Source: an uncultured Verrucomicrobiota bacterium (GTDB lineage: Bacteria > Verrucomicrobiota > Verrucomicrobiia > Limisphaerales > J093). From it: a stretch of 64,000 bases of DNA. The stretch lies in NCBI GenBank assembly GCA_964568145.1, contig CAZMOZ010000002.1:178849-242848 (forward strand), given 5' to 3'. The position numbers and the translations under genes are program-made. Position 1 is the first letter of the stretch, and the number at the start of each line of letters is the position of its first letter. This document shows, in pieces, positions 35,545 to 46,398 of this stretch. The notes under the pieces were generated by a model that searched no databases, was not told where the DNA came from, and saw only the letters and a program-made list of their open reading frames with translations.

Positions 35545-35575
35545 CGCGGCTGTGGCTGCCGGCTAGCCTCCCGCG

Positions 35576-36082
35576 ATGACCAAGGCTGCCCAGTACGCCG
35601 AAGTCCGGGCGCACATCAGCAGCTTGATCGCGGGCGAGACCGATGAAATCGCGATCCTGGCCACCGTCGTGGCCGAACTTTACCACGCCTTCGACCATTT
35701 CGACTGGGTGGGGTTTTATCGCGTGACCGCTCCCGGCCTGCTGAAAGTGGGTCCGTACCAAGGCCGGCACGGGTGCCTGACGATCCCGTTCGACCGCGGG
35801 GTGTGCGGGAAGTGCGCCCGCGAACGCGTCGCGCAGGTGGTGGCCGACGTCCGCGCAATCCCCTACCACATCGCTTGTTCGAACTCGACGCGCTCCGAGA
35901 TCGTGGTGCCGGTGCTCGATGCCCGGGGCGGGTTGCGCGCGGTGCTGGACGTGGATTCCGACGAGCCGGCCGCCTTCGACGCGGTGGACCGCGAGCACCT
36001 CGAAGCCTTGTGCCGCGTAATCGGCCAAGTGTACCCCCCGCCGGACACTGCGGCCCCGCCCCAGCCCGGAAACGCCGTTTGA
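35576..36082 (+). CDS. GAF domain protein (free methionine-(R)-sulfoxide reductase-like)
   Basis: WVGFYRV...VGPYQG...GVCG...HIACS..SEIVVPV pattern typical of the YebR/MsrC-type single-GAF family. Confidence 0.85.
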   Translation: MTKAAQYAEVRAHISSLIAGETDEIAILATVVAELYHAFDHFDWVGFYRVTAPGLLKVGPYQGRHGCLTIPFDRGVCGKCARERVAQVVADVRAIPYHIACSNSTRSEIVVPVLDARGGLRAVLDVDSDEPAAFDAVDREHLEALCRVIGQVYPPPDTAAPPQPGNAV

Positions 36083-36146
36083 TCCTGAAAACCGAAGCTG
36101 CCTGTAGCGCCGGATTCCCACCCAGCCAACTCCGGCTTTCGGGTGG
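36081..36146. repeat. R1 REP-like hairpin element, copy 5 (loop variant GGCGCCGGATTCCC)
   Basis: gatcctgaaaaccgaagctgcctgtagcgccggattcccacccagccaactccggctttcgggtgg. Starts inside the GAF gene TGA. Confidence 0.6.
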
Positions 36147-36172
36147 TTGGCCCGCAAAAGCGGGGTGCTGGA

Positions 36173-36592
36173 TCACTCGCCGATGATTTTCACCAACACC
36201 CGCTTGCGGCGGCGGCCGTCGAACTCGCCGTAAAAAATCTGCTCCCACGGCCCGAGGTCCAGCCGGCCCGCAGTGATGGCGACCACCACTTCGCGGCCCA
36301 TGATCTGGCGCTTGAGGTGGGCGTCGGCGTTGTCCTCGCCAGTGCGGTTGTGCCGGTACTGGGCCACCGGCTCGTGCGGCGCGAGTTTCTCCAGCCACAC
36401 GTCGTAATCGCGCAGCAGGCCGTCCTCGGCGTCGTTGATGTACACGCTGGCGGTGATGTGCATGGCGTTGACCAGACACAGCCCTTCCTGGACGCCGCTG
36501 CGGCGCACCAGGCCGGCGACGGTGTCCGTGATGTTGAGGTAGCCGCGCCGGTCCGGCACGTGGAACCAGAGGTATTCGGTGAGCGATTTCAT
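36173..36592 (-). CDS. YjbQ/UPF0047 family protein (secondary thiamine-phosphate synthase-like)
   Basis: I chose the start MKSLTEY at 36590-36592. [14 protein letters not shown]...[33 protein letters not shown]. Confidence 0.9.
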   Translation of the reverse strand: MKSLTEYLWFHVPDRRGYLNITDTVAGLVRRSGVQEGLCLVNAMHITASVYINDAEDGLLRDYDVWLEKLAPHEPVAQYRHNRTGEDNADAHLKRQIMGREVVVAITAGRLDLGPWEQIFYGEFDGRRRKRVLVKIIGE

Positions 36593-36751
36593 GCCGCCAT
36601 TCCACGCGGAAGCCCCGCGCCCGCCAATCGGAAAGCGTGAGCGATCGGTTGCGCGCCGCCGCGCGAGCCAGCTCCGGCCCGGGCGCGTCGGGTTGAAGGC
36701 CGAAGGTCGGAGGCCGGAACAACGAACCAAGAAACCAAGAACCAAATAACA

Positions 36752-36776
36752 GGGCTCGACGGAGTCTCGCCCCACC
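36752..36776 (-). repeat. R3 core (inverted copy) with a GGTTCTTGGTT word tail
   Basis: gggctcgacggagtctcgccccacc is the reverse complement of GGTGGGGCGAGACTCCGTCGAGCCC. Confidence 0.6.
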
Positions 36777-36833
36777 ACGTCAAGGCTGAACCGGCACAAA
36801 AGCAGGAGCGCCCCCGTGTGGCGCGTTGACCGA

Positions 36834-39572
36834 TCAGGCCGATTCCCGGCCATCCGCGCCCTGGCCGTCGAGGTCAATCAGGATGTCCCGCGGCTCGGCG
36901 CCCTTGCTGGGGCCGACGATCCCGCGGTTTTCCAGCTCGTCCATGATGCGCGCGGCGCGGGTGTAGCCCAGCCGGAGGCGGCGCTGGAGCAGCGACACGC
37001 TGGCCTTTTGCTCGCTGCGGATGACCTCGATGCACTGCTGGATCAGGTCCTCGTCCTCGTCGCAGCCGCCGTTGTCGTCCAGCGCGCCGGCCGGCGCGGA
37101 GAGTTGCTTGTGGATTTCGAGGTCGTAGTTGGGCTTGCCCTGGCGGGCGATGAAGTTCACCACGCCCTGGATTTCCGGGTCGGTCACCAGCGCGCCCTGC
37201 GCGCGGATGAGCTTCGCGGAGCCGGGCGGCAGGTAGAGCATGTCGCCCTTGCCGAGCAATTTGTCCGCGCCCATCGCGTCGAGGATCGTGCGCGAGTCCA
37301 CGCGCGAGGCGACCTGGAAGGCGATGCGGGCCGGGATGTTTGCCTTGATGACGCCGGTGATGACGTCCACCGACGGGCGCTGGGTGGCCACGATGCAGTG
37401 GATGCCCGCCGCGCGCGCCATCTGGGTGATGCGCGCGATGGCCATCTCCACGTCCGCCGGCGCCACGAGCATCAGGTCCGCCAGCTCGTCAATGATGACC
37501 ACGATGTAGCTGAGCTTGTCCGGGATGACGATGTCCTCGTCCTCGGTGACGGTGATGTCTTCGTCCACCTGCACGGCGAAGCCGTCCGCACTGGCCTCGA
37601 TCTTCTCCTTCTTGGCGGTCAAAGGCAGTTCCGGCTCGCGGACGGGCAGGGGTTTGTCCTTCGGGCGTTCGTTGAAGGCCTTGATGTTCCGGACGCCGAC
37701 GCGGGCGAAGATTTGGTAGCGCTTCTCCATTTCGCTCACCACCCAGCGCAGCGCGAGGATGACCTTCTTGGGGTCGGTGACCACCGGCACGACCAGGTGC
37801 GGCAGGGTGTTGTACTGCTGGAGCTCGACCACCTTCGGGTCAATCATGACGAAGCGGAGCTGGTCCGGCGCAAACTTGTAGAGCAGCGACGCCACGAGGG
37901 CGTTGATGCACACCGATTTGCCCGAGCCGGTGCTGCCGGCGATGAGCAGGTGCGGCATGTCCGCCAGGTCGCCGATCAACGGGTGGCCGTACACGTCCTT
38001 GCCCAAGGCCAGCGGGATGCGGGCCTTGGTGGCGCGCCACTCCTCGGACTCGAGCAGCTCGCGCAGGATGACCTTCGACTTGACCCGGTTCGGCACCTCG
38101 ACGCCCACCGAGCTTTTGCCCGGCACCGGCGCGAGGATGTGGATGCGCTCGGCCTTGAGCGCGGCGGCAATGTTGTTGGTGAGCGCGGTGATCTTTTCGA
38201 GCTTCACGCCGGGGGCCGGGTGCAGCTCGTAACGCGTGATGGTGGGGCCCTTGGTGATGTCGCCGGGCGAAACCTGAATGTCGAACTGCGCGAGCGTCTG
38301 CTGCATGAGCCGCGCGTTGGCCATGAGTTCTTCCTTGGACTCGGTGGGCTTGACCGTGAGGTCCGGCAAGGCCAGCAGGTCCAGCGGCGGGAGCTTGTAA
38401 TCGCCGATCTGGGGCGGACGCGAGACGGCGAGCGGCCTGGGCTTGGGTTTGGGCGGCGGACTCGGCCGGGGCGGAACCGGTGTCGGTGCCGGGGCGCTCG
38501 GAGCCGCCACCGTGTCTTGAGCGGGCGGCGTCACCGGCGGCGCTTCGTCTGAGGCGGCTTCGGCGGCAGCGGCAGCCGCGGGCGCCAGGGCATTGGCTTT
38601 GCCGAGAATGTCCACGGTGGTGGCGGCCGCCACCTCGCGGGCGGGAATGACTTCGTTGATCTCCGGCTCTTCGTCGGCTGCCGCGCCAGCCGCAGGCGGC
38701 GAAACAGCGGCGGGCCTGGCGGGCTTGGTCTTGTCCGCCGGCGTGCGCAATTGCGGCACGCTCAGGTCGCGCACGGTCGGCTCGGGCACCGGCTTGAGGT
38801 CGGGCCCCAGGCCGGCCCGGGCGGCGGCGGGGGCGGCGGGCGCCTTGCCGTTTTGGGCGAGGGTGCGGTCGAGTTCGGCCTGCAGGCGGCGGGCTTCCTT
38901 TTCGAGTTCGCGCGTGCGCTTTTCGAGACTCTTGTCATCGCCGGGGATGACTTCAGTCGGCGCGCGCCAGCGGGCCCAGAGTTCCCGCGCCCAGTCGCCG
39001 AGCTGGAAGTTCGTGAGGCCGTACAGGCCGATCAGATAGAGGCACGAGTACAGGATTGCGGAGCCCACGCCGCCAAAGTAGCCGAACACGTAATCATTCA
39101 GGCTCCGGCCCAGCACGCCGCCCGCGCCGGGCGCGTGCAGGCTGAGCGCCAGGTGCTCCAGGAAGCCCGCGCCCATCGCGCGCGGATTGCGCGCCAGATG
39201 ATTCAGCGCTACGTGGTCGGTGGCCAGGTCCAGCCCGCCCGCGCAGGTGACCACCAGCAGCAGCGCCCAGGGCCACTTGCGGCGCAGGTAGCCGAGCGCG
39301 CGGAGAAATTGCGCCAGTCCGAAGCCCAGCAGCAGCACCGGGAGCAGATACGCGCCCGCGCCAAGCGTGAAAAACAGGCTGTACCCCATGCGGGCGCCGA
39401 ACTGGCCCACCCAGTTGTGCGGCGGGTCGTTCGGCGGCGTGCGCACGGCCGCGAGGTCGTACTTGTCGAACGAAAACAACGCGGCGAAAAGCAGCAAGGC
39501 CAGCCCCAGCAGGAGAATGCCCAGGATGTCGTTGCCGCCGCGCGCGCCGTTGTTGGGGTCCTTCCGAGCCAC
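36834..39572 (-). CDS. ftsK: DNA translocase FtsK/SpoIIIE
   Basis: N-terminal TM helices, Pro/Ala-rich linker, Walker [13 protein letters not shown], and a C-terminal gamma winged helix [26 protein letters not shown] start. Confidence 0.95.
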   Translation of the reverse strand: MARKDPNNGARGGNDILGILLLGLALLLFAALFSFDKYDLAAVRTPPNDPPHNWVGQFGARMGYSLFFTLGAGAYLLPVLLLGFGLAQFLRALGYLRRKWPWALLLVVTCAGGLDLATDHVALNHLARNPRAMGAGFLEHLALSLHAPGAGGVLGRSLNDYVFGYFGGVGSAILYSCLYLIGLYGLTNFQLGDWARELWARWRAPTEVIPGDDKSLEKRTRELEKEARRLQAELDRTLAQNGKAPAAPAAARAGLGPDLKPVPEPTVRDLSVPQLRTPADKTKPARPAAVSPPAAGAAADEEPEINEVIPAREVAAATTVDILGKANALAPAAAAAAEAASDEAPPVTPPAQDTVAAPSAPAPTPVPPRPSPPPKPKPRPLAVSRPPQIGDYKLPPLDLLALPDLTVKPTESKEELMANARLMQQTLAQFDIQVSPGDITKGPTITRYELHPAPGVKLEKITALTNNIAAALKAERIHILAPVPGKSSVGVEVPNRVKSKVILRELLESEEWRATKARIPLALGKDVYGHPLIGDLADMPHLLIAGSTGSGKSVCINALVASLLYKFAPDQLRFVMIDPKVVELQQYNTLPHLVVPVVTDPKKVILALRWVVSEMEKRYQIFARVGVRNIKAFNERPKDKPLPVREPELPLTAKKEKIEASADGFAVQVDEDITVTEDEDIVIPDKLSYIVVIIDELADLMLVAPADVEMAIARITQMARAAGIHCIVATQRPSVDVITGVIKANIPARIAFQVASRVDSRTILDAMGADKLLGKGDMLYLPPGSAKLIRAQGALVTDPEIQGVVNFIARQGKPNYDLEIHKQLSAPAGALDDNGGCDEDEDLIQQCIEVIRSEQKASVSLLQRRLRLGYTRAARIMDELENRGIVGPSKGAEPRDILIDLDGQGADGRESA

Positions 39573-39882
39573 GGACGCAATCTAGGAACCTCCCCCCGGA
39601 CTGCAATGCGGAAAAGGCGCCGCGCGGCCGCGGATTATCCACCCTTTCACCCGGTTTGCGCCAGACTAGTCGCGCGCGGAACAGCGACGGGGTGCGGACG
39701 TTCACCTACCCGATGAGCAGGAAGGAGCGGGGGCTCGCGGCACCCGCCCCTCCGGAGACTTTTCGGAGGGAGGAATTCTGCAACGCCCAACCGGAACCGG
39801 GAATGGACTGGAGCGCCGCCGGCAACCAGTTCGTTCGTTCGCGTCGGTTGGCGTGTCTGGCGGGCAAAAGTCGGATTCTGGA

Positions 39883-39952
39883 TTCAATCCGAAAACCGAA
39901 GCTGGGCAGGCGGGACGCACTGCGCTGCGGCCAACTTCGGTTTTCGGAATCA
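39883..39952. repeat. R1 REP-like hairpin element, copy 6 (inverted loop)
   Basis: caatccgaaaaccgaagctgggcaggcgggacgcactgcgctgcggccaacttcggttttcggaatc. Overlaps the stop of the 39950-40846 gene. Confidence 0.75.
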
Positions 39953-40846
39953 AGGATGCGCCACGCGGAAGTACGCCCGCTCCCAACCCGCCGGCGCCGG
40001 CCACGCGAAGTCGTCCGTCTCGGACACCGCCTGGCCGGCCGGCGCCCACGTCAGCAAATCCCGACTCGATTCCACCGCGTATGCCTGCCCCGGCACGCCC
40101 GGCCAGCGCAACGTCCCCGCCGGCTCCAGCGTCACCGCCACCGGGCGCACGAGCGCGACCGCCGCCAGTTCCACCTCCGCCGCCGCGGACGTGGTGTCGT
40201 CGCCGAGGAAGACGAAGTTCGCTGTCTCGTACACGTCCGGGAAGCCGTTGAAGGCCGTGTAGTCGCGCACCGGGCCGGTCAGCAGCGGCGCGCGGTTCAC
40301 GAAGAGCGTGTAGTGCGCGGCGCGCAGGCTCAGCACCGCGTCCACCCAGCCGGCATCGAAACGGTGCGACGCCTCCTCGCCGCGGGTGAACAAAGGCTGA
40401 TCCGCCTGCGCGAACACCTGGTCCTGCCAGAAGCCCAGCTCGATGCCGCGGCGCCCGGCGTCGAGCACGATCACCGAAAAGCCGGCGCGGTCGTTGCGCG
40501 CGTGCCGCTCGACGGGCAGGCGAAACCGGAAGGCGAGGTTGAAGCCCGCGTGGCGGTCCAGCGCCGGGGTGATAACCCGCGCATAGCCGGCCGCCTCGGC
40601 ATTCGCGGCGGTGGTCGCCAACCGCACCGCGTCGCCGGTGTGACTCTGCTGGGCCAGGCCGGGCAGCGCCGCATACGACCAGCCTTGCGCGGCGGGCAAT
40701 GTGCCCAGCCGGCCGTCCAGCAACACCTGGCCTTGGGCCGGCAGCGTCACGGCGAGCAGAACACCCGGCAGGCATTTGAAGGCTGGCTTCACCGCGCGGG
40801 ATCTGCGGGTGGCTCGGGCGGGGCGCAAGGTCACCGGCATGGCCAT
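39950..40846 (-). CDS. Secreted hypothetical protein (jelly-roll/lectin-like) with a C-terminal FYR module
   Basis: Signal-like CLPGVLLAVTLPAQG. C-terminus LRWPGVPGQAYAVESSRDLLTW...ERAYFRVAHP. Confidence 0.6.
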   Translation of the reverse strand: MAMPVTLRPARATRRSRAVKPAFKCLPGVLLAVTLPAQGQVLLDGRLGTLPAAQGWSYAALPGLAQQSHTGDAVRLATTAANAEAAGYARVITPALDRHAGFNLAFRFRLPVERHARNDRAGFSVIVLDAGRRGIELGFWQDQVFAQADQPLFTRGEEASHRFDAGWVDAVLSLRAAHYTLFVNRAPLLTGPVRDYTAFNGFPDVYETANFVFLGDDTTSAAAEVELAAVALVRPVAVTLEPAGTLRWPGVPGQAYAVESSRDLLTWAPAGQAVSETDDFAWPAPAGWERAYFRVAHP

Positions 40847-40880
40847 GATTCTGGCGTTCGGCTACGCGCCCCCTGGTGGT

Positions 40881-41741
40881 TCACTTGCCCGTCAGGCCGC
40901 AAAGGTAGGCAAAGATCAGGTCGGGCAACTGCCGGCTGTAGCCGCCTTCCAGCACGCTGAACACCGGCACACCCAGCGAGCGAAACGCCTCGCCCAGCCA
41001 GGCGAAATCCTCCTCCTCGAGCGCGGCGTCGCTCAACGGGTCTTCGCGGAAGGCGTCGAACCCTGCGGAGACCCCGACCAGGGCGGGCTGGTAGCGGCGG
41101 AGATCGTCCAAGGCGGCGGCCAGTTCCGCGCGGTATTCCTCGCGGCTGGCACCGGGCGGCACCGGGTAGTTGTGCGCGTTCTGGTGCGAGCTTTCGCCCG
41201 TGCCCGGATAGGCGGGGAACTGGTGGACCGAAAAGAAGGCGCAATCGGGCCGGCCGCGGAGGATGTCCTCGGTGCCGTTGCCGTGGTGCACGTCGAAGTC
41301 GAACACGGCCACGCGGCGCACGCCGCGGCAGAGCGCCTCGAGCGTGGCGACGGCGATGGAGTTGAGGTAGCAAAAGCCCATCGCGCGGGTCTGCGTGGCG
41401 TGGTGGCCGGGCGGGCGCAGCAGGCTGAACACCTGCCGGCCTTCGCGGGCCAGGTGCAGGGCCTTGAGCGCGCCGCCCACGCTGCGTTCCGCGTGCGCGC
41501 GGATGTCCGGGTACGCCGGGGTGTCGGCGTCGAAATCCACCGGCATGGCCAGGCGGCTGAGCAGGCTGGGGGAATGGGCGCGGAGCAACTGCTCTTGGCG
41601 CGCCGGCCCCGGCGCGGCCCAGGTGATGGGCAGCCGGGTCTGCTCGCGGAGTTTCTCGACGGTGCGCGCCACCCGCGCCGGGCGTTCGGGATGCCCCGGC
41701 TGATGGTAGGCGGCGCACCGCTCATCAGTAATGACAATCAT
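40881..41741 (-). CDS. Histone deacetylase-family amidohydrolase (class II HDAC/AcuC-like)
   Basis: RPPGHH and DFDVHHGNGT motifs. I chose the start MIVITDE at 41739-41741. Confidence 0.88.
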   Translation of the reverse strand: MIVITDERCAAYHQPGHPERPARVARTVEKLREQTRLPITWAAPGPARQEQLLRAHSPSLLSRLAMPVDFDADTPAYPDIRAHAERSVGGALKALHLAREGRQVFSLLRPPGHHATQTRAMGFCYLNSIAVATLEALCRGVRRVAVFDFDVHHGNGTEDILRGRPDCAFFSVHQFPAYPGTGESSHQNAHNYPVPPGASREEYRAELAAALDDLRRYQPALVGVSAGFDAFREDPLSDAALEEEDFAWLGEAFRSLGVPVFSVLEGGYSRQLPDLIFAYLCGLTGK

Positions 41742-41946
41742 GCCGTTTGGTTCCAAGGATGTCTTCGAGCGCGGTCTTGTACCATCGGCCCCCGGAGTCG
41801 CAAGCCTCAAAGCCCGGCTGGCCGATGCGGGTGCGGGGTGGAACGGCCGGCCAAGCTTTCAAATGCGGAAGGCAGAATTGGTTCGTGGTTCGTGGAGAAC
41901 GGATGCCGGATGCCAGATGCCGGCCTTGGCCCTTCGACTTTGAACT

Positions 41947-42002
41947 TGGAACTTGGGACTTGGAACTTGGGACTTGGAACTTGGGACTTGGAACTTGGGA
42001 CT
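41947..42002. repeat. Perfect tandem repeat, 4 x 14-mer TGGAACTTGGGACT
   Basis: Read directly. Preceded by a partial unit and followed by a GGACTTCGGATTTCGG word array extending to ~42046. Confidence 0.9.
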
Positions 42003-42168
42003 CAAACACGGACTTCGGATTTCGGACTTCCGATTTTGGATTTCGGCCTGCTGCCGCGCGGTCCCCGGCGCCACGCCTCCCCGCCACAGAGCGCGTTCGC
42101 TCAAAGAATTGCCTTTTTGATTGAATACCGGCAGCGTGCGCCAATCTAAACGTTGTACGTCTGAACCG

Positions 42169-42864
42169 ATGAACATGAAAACTTGGTTTGAATCCCTGAG
42201 CCCCATCACCCTCGCCTTGGGCGCCGCGTTCGCCCTCGCCACCGCCGCCCACGCGGCGGACGCGGAACTCGCGCCGCTGCCCTTGAAACTGCCCATCCCC
42301 GCCTTCATGGGCACGCCCACCGACATCCCGCTGGGCGACCACATCGAAAAGCCATCCGACAAGCCGCGCCCGCCCTTCATGGCGCCCAAGGGCGTGCAGA
42401 ACCTTTCGCTGGGCAAGAGGGTCACCAGCAGCGACAAGTCGCCCATCACCGGCTCGCTCGAACTGGTCACGGACGGCGACAAGGAGTCAAACGACAACAG
42501 CTTCGTCGAGCTGCACCGGCGCACCCAGTGGGTGCAGATTGACCTCGAAAAGCGCGCCCGGATTTACGCCATCATCATCTGGCATGCCCACAACACCTTC
42601 CAAGTGTACCACGACGTGATCGTGCAGGTGTCCGACGACCCCGACTTCACCCAGGGCGTGAAGACCGTGTACAACAACGACTACGACAACAGCTCCGGCC
42701 TGGGCGTAGGCACGGACAAGGAGTATTTCGAGACCTACGAGGGCCGGCTGATTGACGCGAAGGGCGTCGAAGGCCGCTACGTGCGGTGCTACAGCCGGGG
42801 CAGCACGTACAGCGCGCTGAACCGCTACACCGAGGTGGAAGTCTGGGGCGTCCCGGCCGAGTGA
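42169..42864 (+). CDS. Secreted F5/8 type C (discoidin)/galactose-binding-like domain protein
   Basis: Start MNMKTWF at 42169, signal ...ALATAAHA. LVTDGDK...WVQIDLEKRARIYAIIIWH pattern. Confidence 0.75.
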   Translation: MNMKTWFESLSPITLALGAAFALATAAHAADAELAPLPLKLPIPAFMGTPTDIPLGDHIEKPSDKPRPPFMAPKGVQNLSLGKRVTSSDKSPITGSLELVTDGDKESNDNSFVELHRRTQWVQIDLEKRARIYAIIIWHAHNTFQVYHDVIVQVSDDPDFTQGVKTVYNNDYDNSSGLGVGTDKEYFETYEGRLIDAKGVEGRYVRCYSRGSTYSALNRYTEVEVWGVPAE

Positions 42865-43052
42865 TTCGCGGCTCCAACGCGGCAACCGGTCTTCCGGATG
42901 ACCCTGGAGCCTCCAACCGCAACCCCTGTCCTGATCGCCAGCGCGGCGGGCGCCCGCCCTCGCGCTGGTTTTGCTTTCCCCGGCCCGGCCCGGGCGGGAT
43001 GGCGCGGGGAGGTTTGCGGACAGCGGAGTCGCCCCAACCTGGAGGCCGGCGC

Positions 43053-44642
43053 GTGAACCGCTGGATCGTGGCCGGTCTGTTGCTGGCGCTGGCGCTCGGC
43101 GCCGCCTTGCGCCTGCCGCGCCTCGAGGAGCGGCCGTTGCACACCGACGAGTCGGTCCACGCCTACAAGTTCGCCGGGCTCTGGGACCGCGGCGAGTACC
43201 GTTACGACCCGGACGAATACCACGGTCCGAGCCTGTATTACGCCACGCTGCCGTTTGCCTGGTTGAGCGGCGCGGCGAACTCCGACGAACTCCGCGAAGC
43301 CACGCTGCGGCTGGTGCCGCTGTTCTTTGGCCTCGCGCTGATCCTGCTCGTGGTTTTGATGGCCGATGCGCTGGGACCGCCGGGCGCCGTGACCGCCGGC
43401 CTGTTGACCGCGGTTTCGACAGCCTTCGCCTTCTACAGCCGTTATTACATCCACGAGATGCTGCTGGTGTTCTTTGCCGGTCTGTTGGGCGCGGCGCTGT
43501 GGCGGTACACGCGCCGCCCGGCCTGGGGTTGGGCGGCGCTGGCGGGCGTGGCGCTGGGCTTGATGCACGCCACGAAGGAAACCTTCGTCCTCAACCTGGC
43601 CGCGATGGCCGTGGCCGGCGTCGCGGTGCTGGCGTTGGACCCAGATCGCCACGAAGCCTGGCTCCGGCTGCGCGCATCAGGCCGGCCGGGGCACCTGGCC
43701 CTGGCCGCGGGAGTGGCGCTGGCCGTTTCGGTGACGTTCTTCACCTCGTTTTTCCAGCACGCCGGCGGGCCGCTCGATTCGCTGCGCACGTACCTGCCCT
43801 GGCTCCAACGCGCGGGCGGCGCCTCGCCGCATCTGCATCCGTGGACGTTTTACCTCGAACGCCTGTTCTGGTTCCGCCCGGCGGCCGGACCGGTCTTCAG
43901 CGAATTGTTGATCGGCATCCTGGCGCTGGTCGGCGCGGCGGCGGCGTTCCTGCCGGACCGCTTCCCGCCGTTCCACCGCGGGCTGGCGCGGTTCCTGACT
44001 ATTTACACCGTGGTTCTCATCGGCCTGTACTCGGTCATCGGCTACAAGACGCCGTGGTGCGTGCTGGGCTTCCTGCACGGCCTGATCCTGCTGGCGGGCG
44101 TGGGCGTGGCGGCGTTGTTCCGGTGGGCGCGCCTGCCGTGGCTGCGCGGGGTGTTGGCCGCGCTGCTGCTGGCCGCCGCGGCGCAGTTGGCCACACAGGC
44201 GCGCCGGGCCAACGGCGCATTCAGCACCGATCAGCGCAATCCGTGGGTGTACGCCCACACCTCGAAGGACCTGCTGCGGCTGGTGGACCGCGTGCTGGGC
44301 GTCGCCCGCACCCACGGCGACCCCGCGCGGATGGAGATAAACGTCCTGGCCACCGGCGGCGATTACTGGCCGCTGCCCTGGTACCTGCGCAGCCTCAAGG
44401 AAACCCGCTGGGCGGACGGCATCCCGGCCGATCCGTTTGCGCCGGTGGTGATCGCCAGCGCGCGGCTCCACGCCAGCCTCGACGAGAAATCCGACAAACG
44501 CTGGATCAGCGCCGGCTACTACGAACACCGGCCGCGCGTGTTTCTGGAGCTGTTCGTCGAACTCGAGCTGTGGAAGCGCTACCTGGCCAGCCTGCCGCCG
44601 CCGCGAGACGACGAGGAAGACGTCGCGGACAACCGCCGCTGA
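43053..44642 (+). CDS. Polytopic membrane protein, TIGR03663/GT39 (PMT_2, ArnT-like) family
   Basis: GTG at 43053 lies 7 nt after GGAGG. RPLHTDESVHAYKF...YRYDPDEYHGPSLYY and more than 10 hydrophobic segments. The upstream part of the track ORF overlaps the discoidin gene. Confidence 0.7.
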   Translation: MNRWIVAGLLLALALGAALRLPRLEERPLHTDESVHAYKFAGLWDRGEYRYDPDEYHGPSLYYATLPFAWLSGAANSDELREATLRLVPLFFGLALILLVVLMADALGPPGAVTAGLLTAVSTAFAFYSRYYIHEMLLVFFAGLLGAALWRYTRRPAWGWAALAGVALGLMHATKETFVLNLAAMAVAGVAVLALDPDRHEAWLRLRASGRPGHLALAAGVALAVSVTFFTSFFQHAGGPLDSLRTYLPWLQRAGGASPHLHPWTFYLERLFWFRPAAGPVFSELLIGILALVGAAAAFLPDRFPPFHRGLARFLTIYTVVLIGLYSVIGYKTPWCVLGFLHGLILLAGVGVAALFRWARLPWLRGVLAALLLAAAAQLATQARRANGAFSTDQRNPWVYAHTSKDLLRLVDRVLGVARTHGDPARMEINVLATGGDYWPLPWYLRSLKETRWADGIPADPFAPVVIASARLHASLDEKSDKRWISAGYYEHRPRVFLELFVELELWKRYLASLPPPRDDEEDVADNRR

Positions 44643-44946
44643 GTCCCGAGCCCCACGCTCCAAGCTCCAAGTCCACGTGTTGGGTTGCTCGCGTTATCCG
44701 GCCTGCCGCTGCACGATGAAGGCCGAGAACGCCGTGTCCTGAGGAGCCGAGCCGCTGGTTCGCTTCTCGCGCGGTGGACTCGCCTCGCCGGCTGTTCCGG
44801 CTTGGCGCCATTCCGACCCGGCTGTGTGCGGATTGCTTTCGCGTCCGGGTTCGCATTAGCTCCGGCGCGTGCCGCAGGTAAAACCGCGGCATCGCGGCGC
44901 GCCCCGGACCGTGTGGGTTGCCGAAACCGGCGTCGCCCCGCCCAAC

Positions 44947-46398
44947 ATGTTCAAGCACCGGCGAAAATGGCTGCGGGCCCTGCGCTGGACCGCCCTCGCG
45001 GCGGGTCTGGCGACCCTGGTCGTTTTGTACGGCTGGCGGTACGGCTTCAGCGCGCTGCCCGAGCCGGGGCCGGGCCCGGCCTTCGATGCCGGCGAGTTCT
45101 TCGCGCCCGAAGACCCGCCGCCCTCCAACTTCTGGCATCACGTGCGCGCGCTGGCGCTCAAGCGGCCCTGGCAACCCAGGGCGGGCCGGCGGCCGGCCGG
45201 GGCGGCGCCATTGTCCCCCACGTCTTACGGGGTGGAATGGAACGAGCACCCCGCCGTGCGGGCCGCGATGGAGGCGGCGTTGACCGCCAGCGACTGGCGG
45301 CCGCCGCGCGCGTTGACCTCGGACGATCAGACCGCGCTCAGGTTGTTGCACCTCGCCGCCCGGCAACGCGCGGCGACCGCGGCGGACGATGCGGCCACAG
45401 CCTTGACTCTCTGGTTGGACGCGTGGCGCCTGCAGGCGGCGGTGGTGCCGGCCGCGGAGTTCCCGGCGTTTTTCGATGAACGGGGCCTGGAGGAACTGAA
45501 TGCCTTTGAGGCCCGGATGTTCCGGCATCGGGCGCTTACGGGTCCGCGGCTGTCCTTGCCAGCCACGCGTCAGTTGCTCGATGGGCTGGCGGCGGTGGGG
45601 CGGCGGGCGAGCCGGCCGGCGGCGTCGTACGCGCGCCAGGTGCAGCAGGCGGCCGGGATGTTGCGGGCGGCGCGCCGCGCGGACTGGAGCCGGGTGGGGC
45701 GCGCCACGCGCGTGGCCGGGATGCTGATCCGGCAGGACGCCGTGCGGCTGGTCACGGACGTGCTGGACAGCATCAGCGGCTGGCGACAGCGGGGCGAGCC
45801 GGATTACCACGGCGCTGCGCACGTGCTGCGGCCGCTGGGGGAACTGTTCGCGGTGCTGCAAACCCTGGTGGCGCGCGAAGCGGACTTCGCCCGGATGGAA
45901 GCCGCGTGCGTTGGCCGCGCGCTCGCCGCCTTGCGCGAGCTGGCGTTGCCCGGGGCCGGCTCGGCGCCGTCCTGGCTGCCTGGACCGGCCAGCCCGCGGT
46001 CGTGGTGGCGGCGCGCCTTCGACCGCCCGGCGGTGTGGCGGGTGCCGCATCTGTTGCCCAATCCTCACGCCACGCTGGAAAGCTGGCAGCAATGGCAGTT
46101 GTACCTGGAATCCTGCCGCCTGACCCTGGCCTTGCGGGCGTTCCGCGATGCGCATGGCCGCTGGCCCGATCAACTCGACGAGCTGGTTCCGGAAATCCTC
46201 GAGGCCGTGCCGCGCGATCCGTTTGGCGCGGGCGCGCCGTTGCGTTACGCGCGCACGGGTGACACCTGGCGGTTCTGGTCGGTGGGCCCGGCGGGACGCG
46301 ATCCGGCGCCCGAGGCGTCGGATGGCTCTCCGCAGTGGGTTTTCCGGTCCTCGGAACCGGACGCAACGCCGGCTAGCGGCGGCCGCTTCGGACGGTGA
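44947..46398 (+). CDS. Membrane-anchored hypothetical protein
   Basis: I chose the start MFKHRRKWLRALRWTALAAGLATLVVLYGW. I do not recognise the family. C-terminal DPFG...LRY...G..W.FWSVGP resembles pseudopilin C-termini only loosely. Confidence 0.5.
   Translation: MFKHRRKWLRALRWTALAAGLATLVVLYGWRYGFSALPEPGPGPAFDAGEFFAPEDPPPSNFWHHVRALALKRPWQPRAGRRPAGAAPLSPTSYGVEWNEHPAVRAAMEAALTASDWRPPRALTSDDQTALRLLHLAARQRAATAADDAATALTLWLDAWRLQAAVVPAAEFPAFFDERGLEELNAFEARMFRHRALTGPRLSLPATRQLLDGLAAVGRRASRPAASYARQVQQAAGMLRAARRADWSRVGRATRVAGMLIRQDAVRLVTDVLDSISGWRQRGEPDYHGAAHVLRPLGELFAVLQTLVAREADFARMEAACVGRALAALRELALPGAGSAPSWLPGPASPRSWWRRAFDRPAVWRVPHLLPNPHATLESWQQWQLYLESCRLTLALRAFRDAHGRWPDQLDELVPEILEAVPRDPFGAGAPLRYARTGDTWRFWSVGPAGRDPAPEASDGSPQWVFRSSEPDATPASGGRFGR

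Noticed and set aside
41947-42002. Possible CRISPR array or other spacer-containing repeat
   Set aside because: The 14-mer units are contiguous with no spacers. They are far shorter than CRISPR repeats. No cas genes are present.
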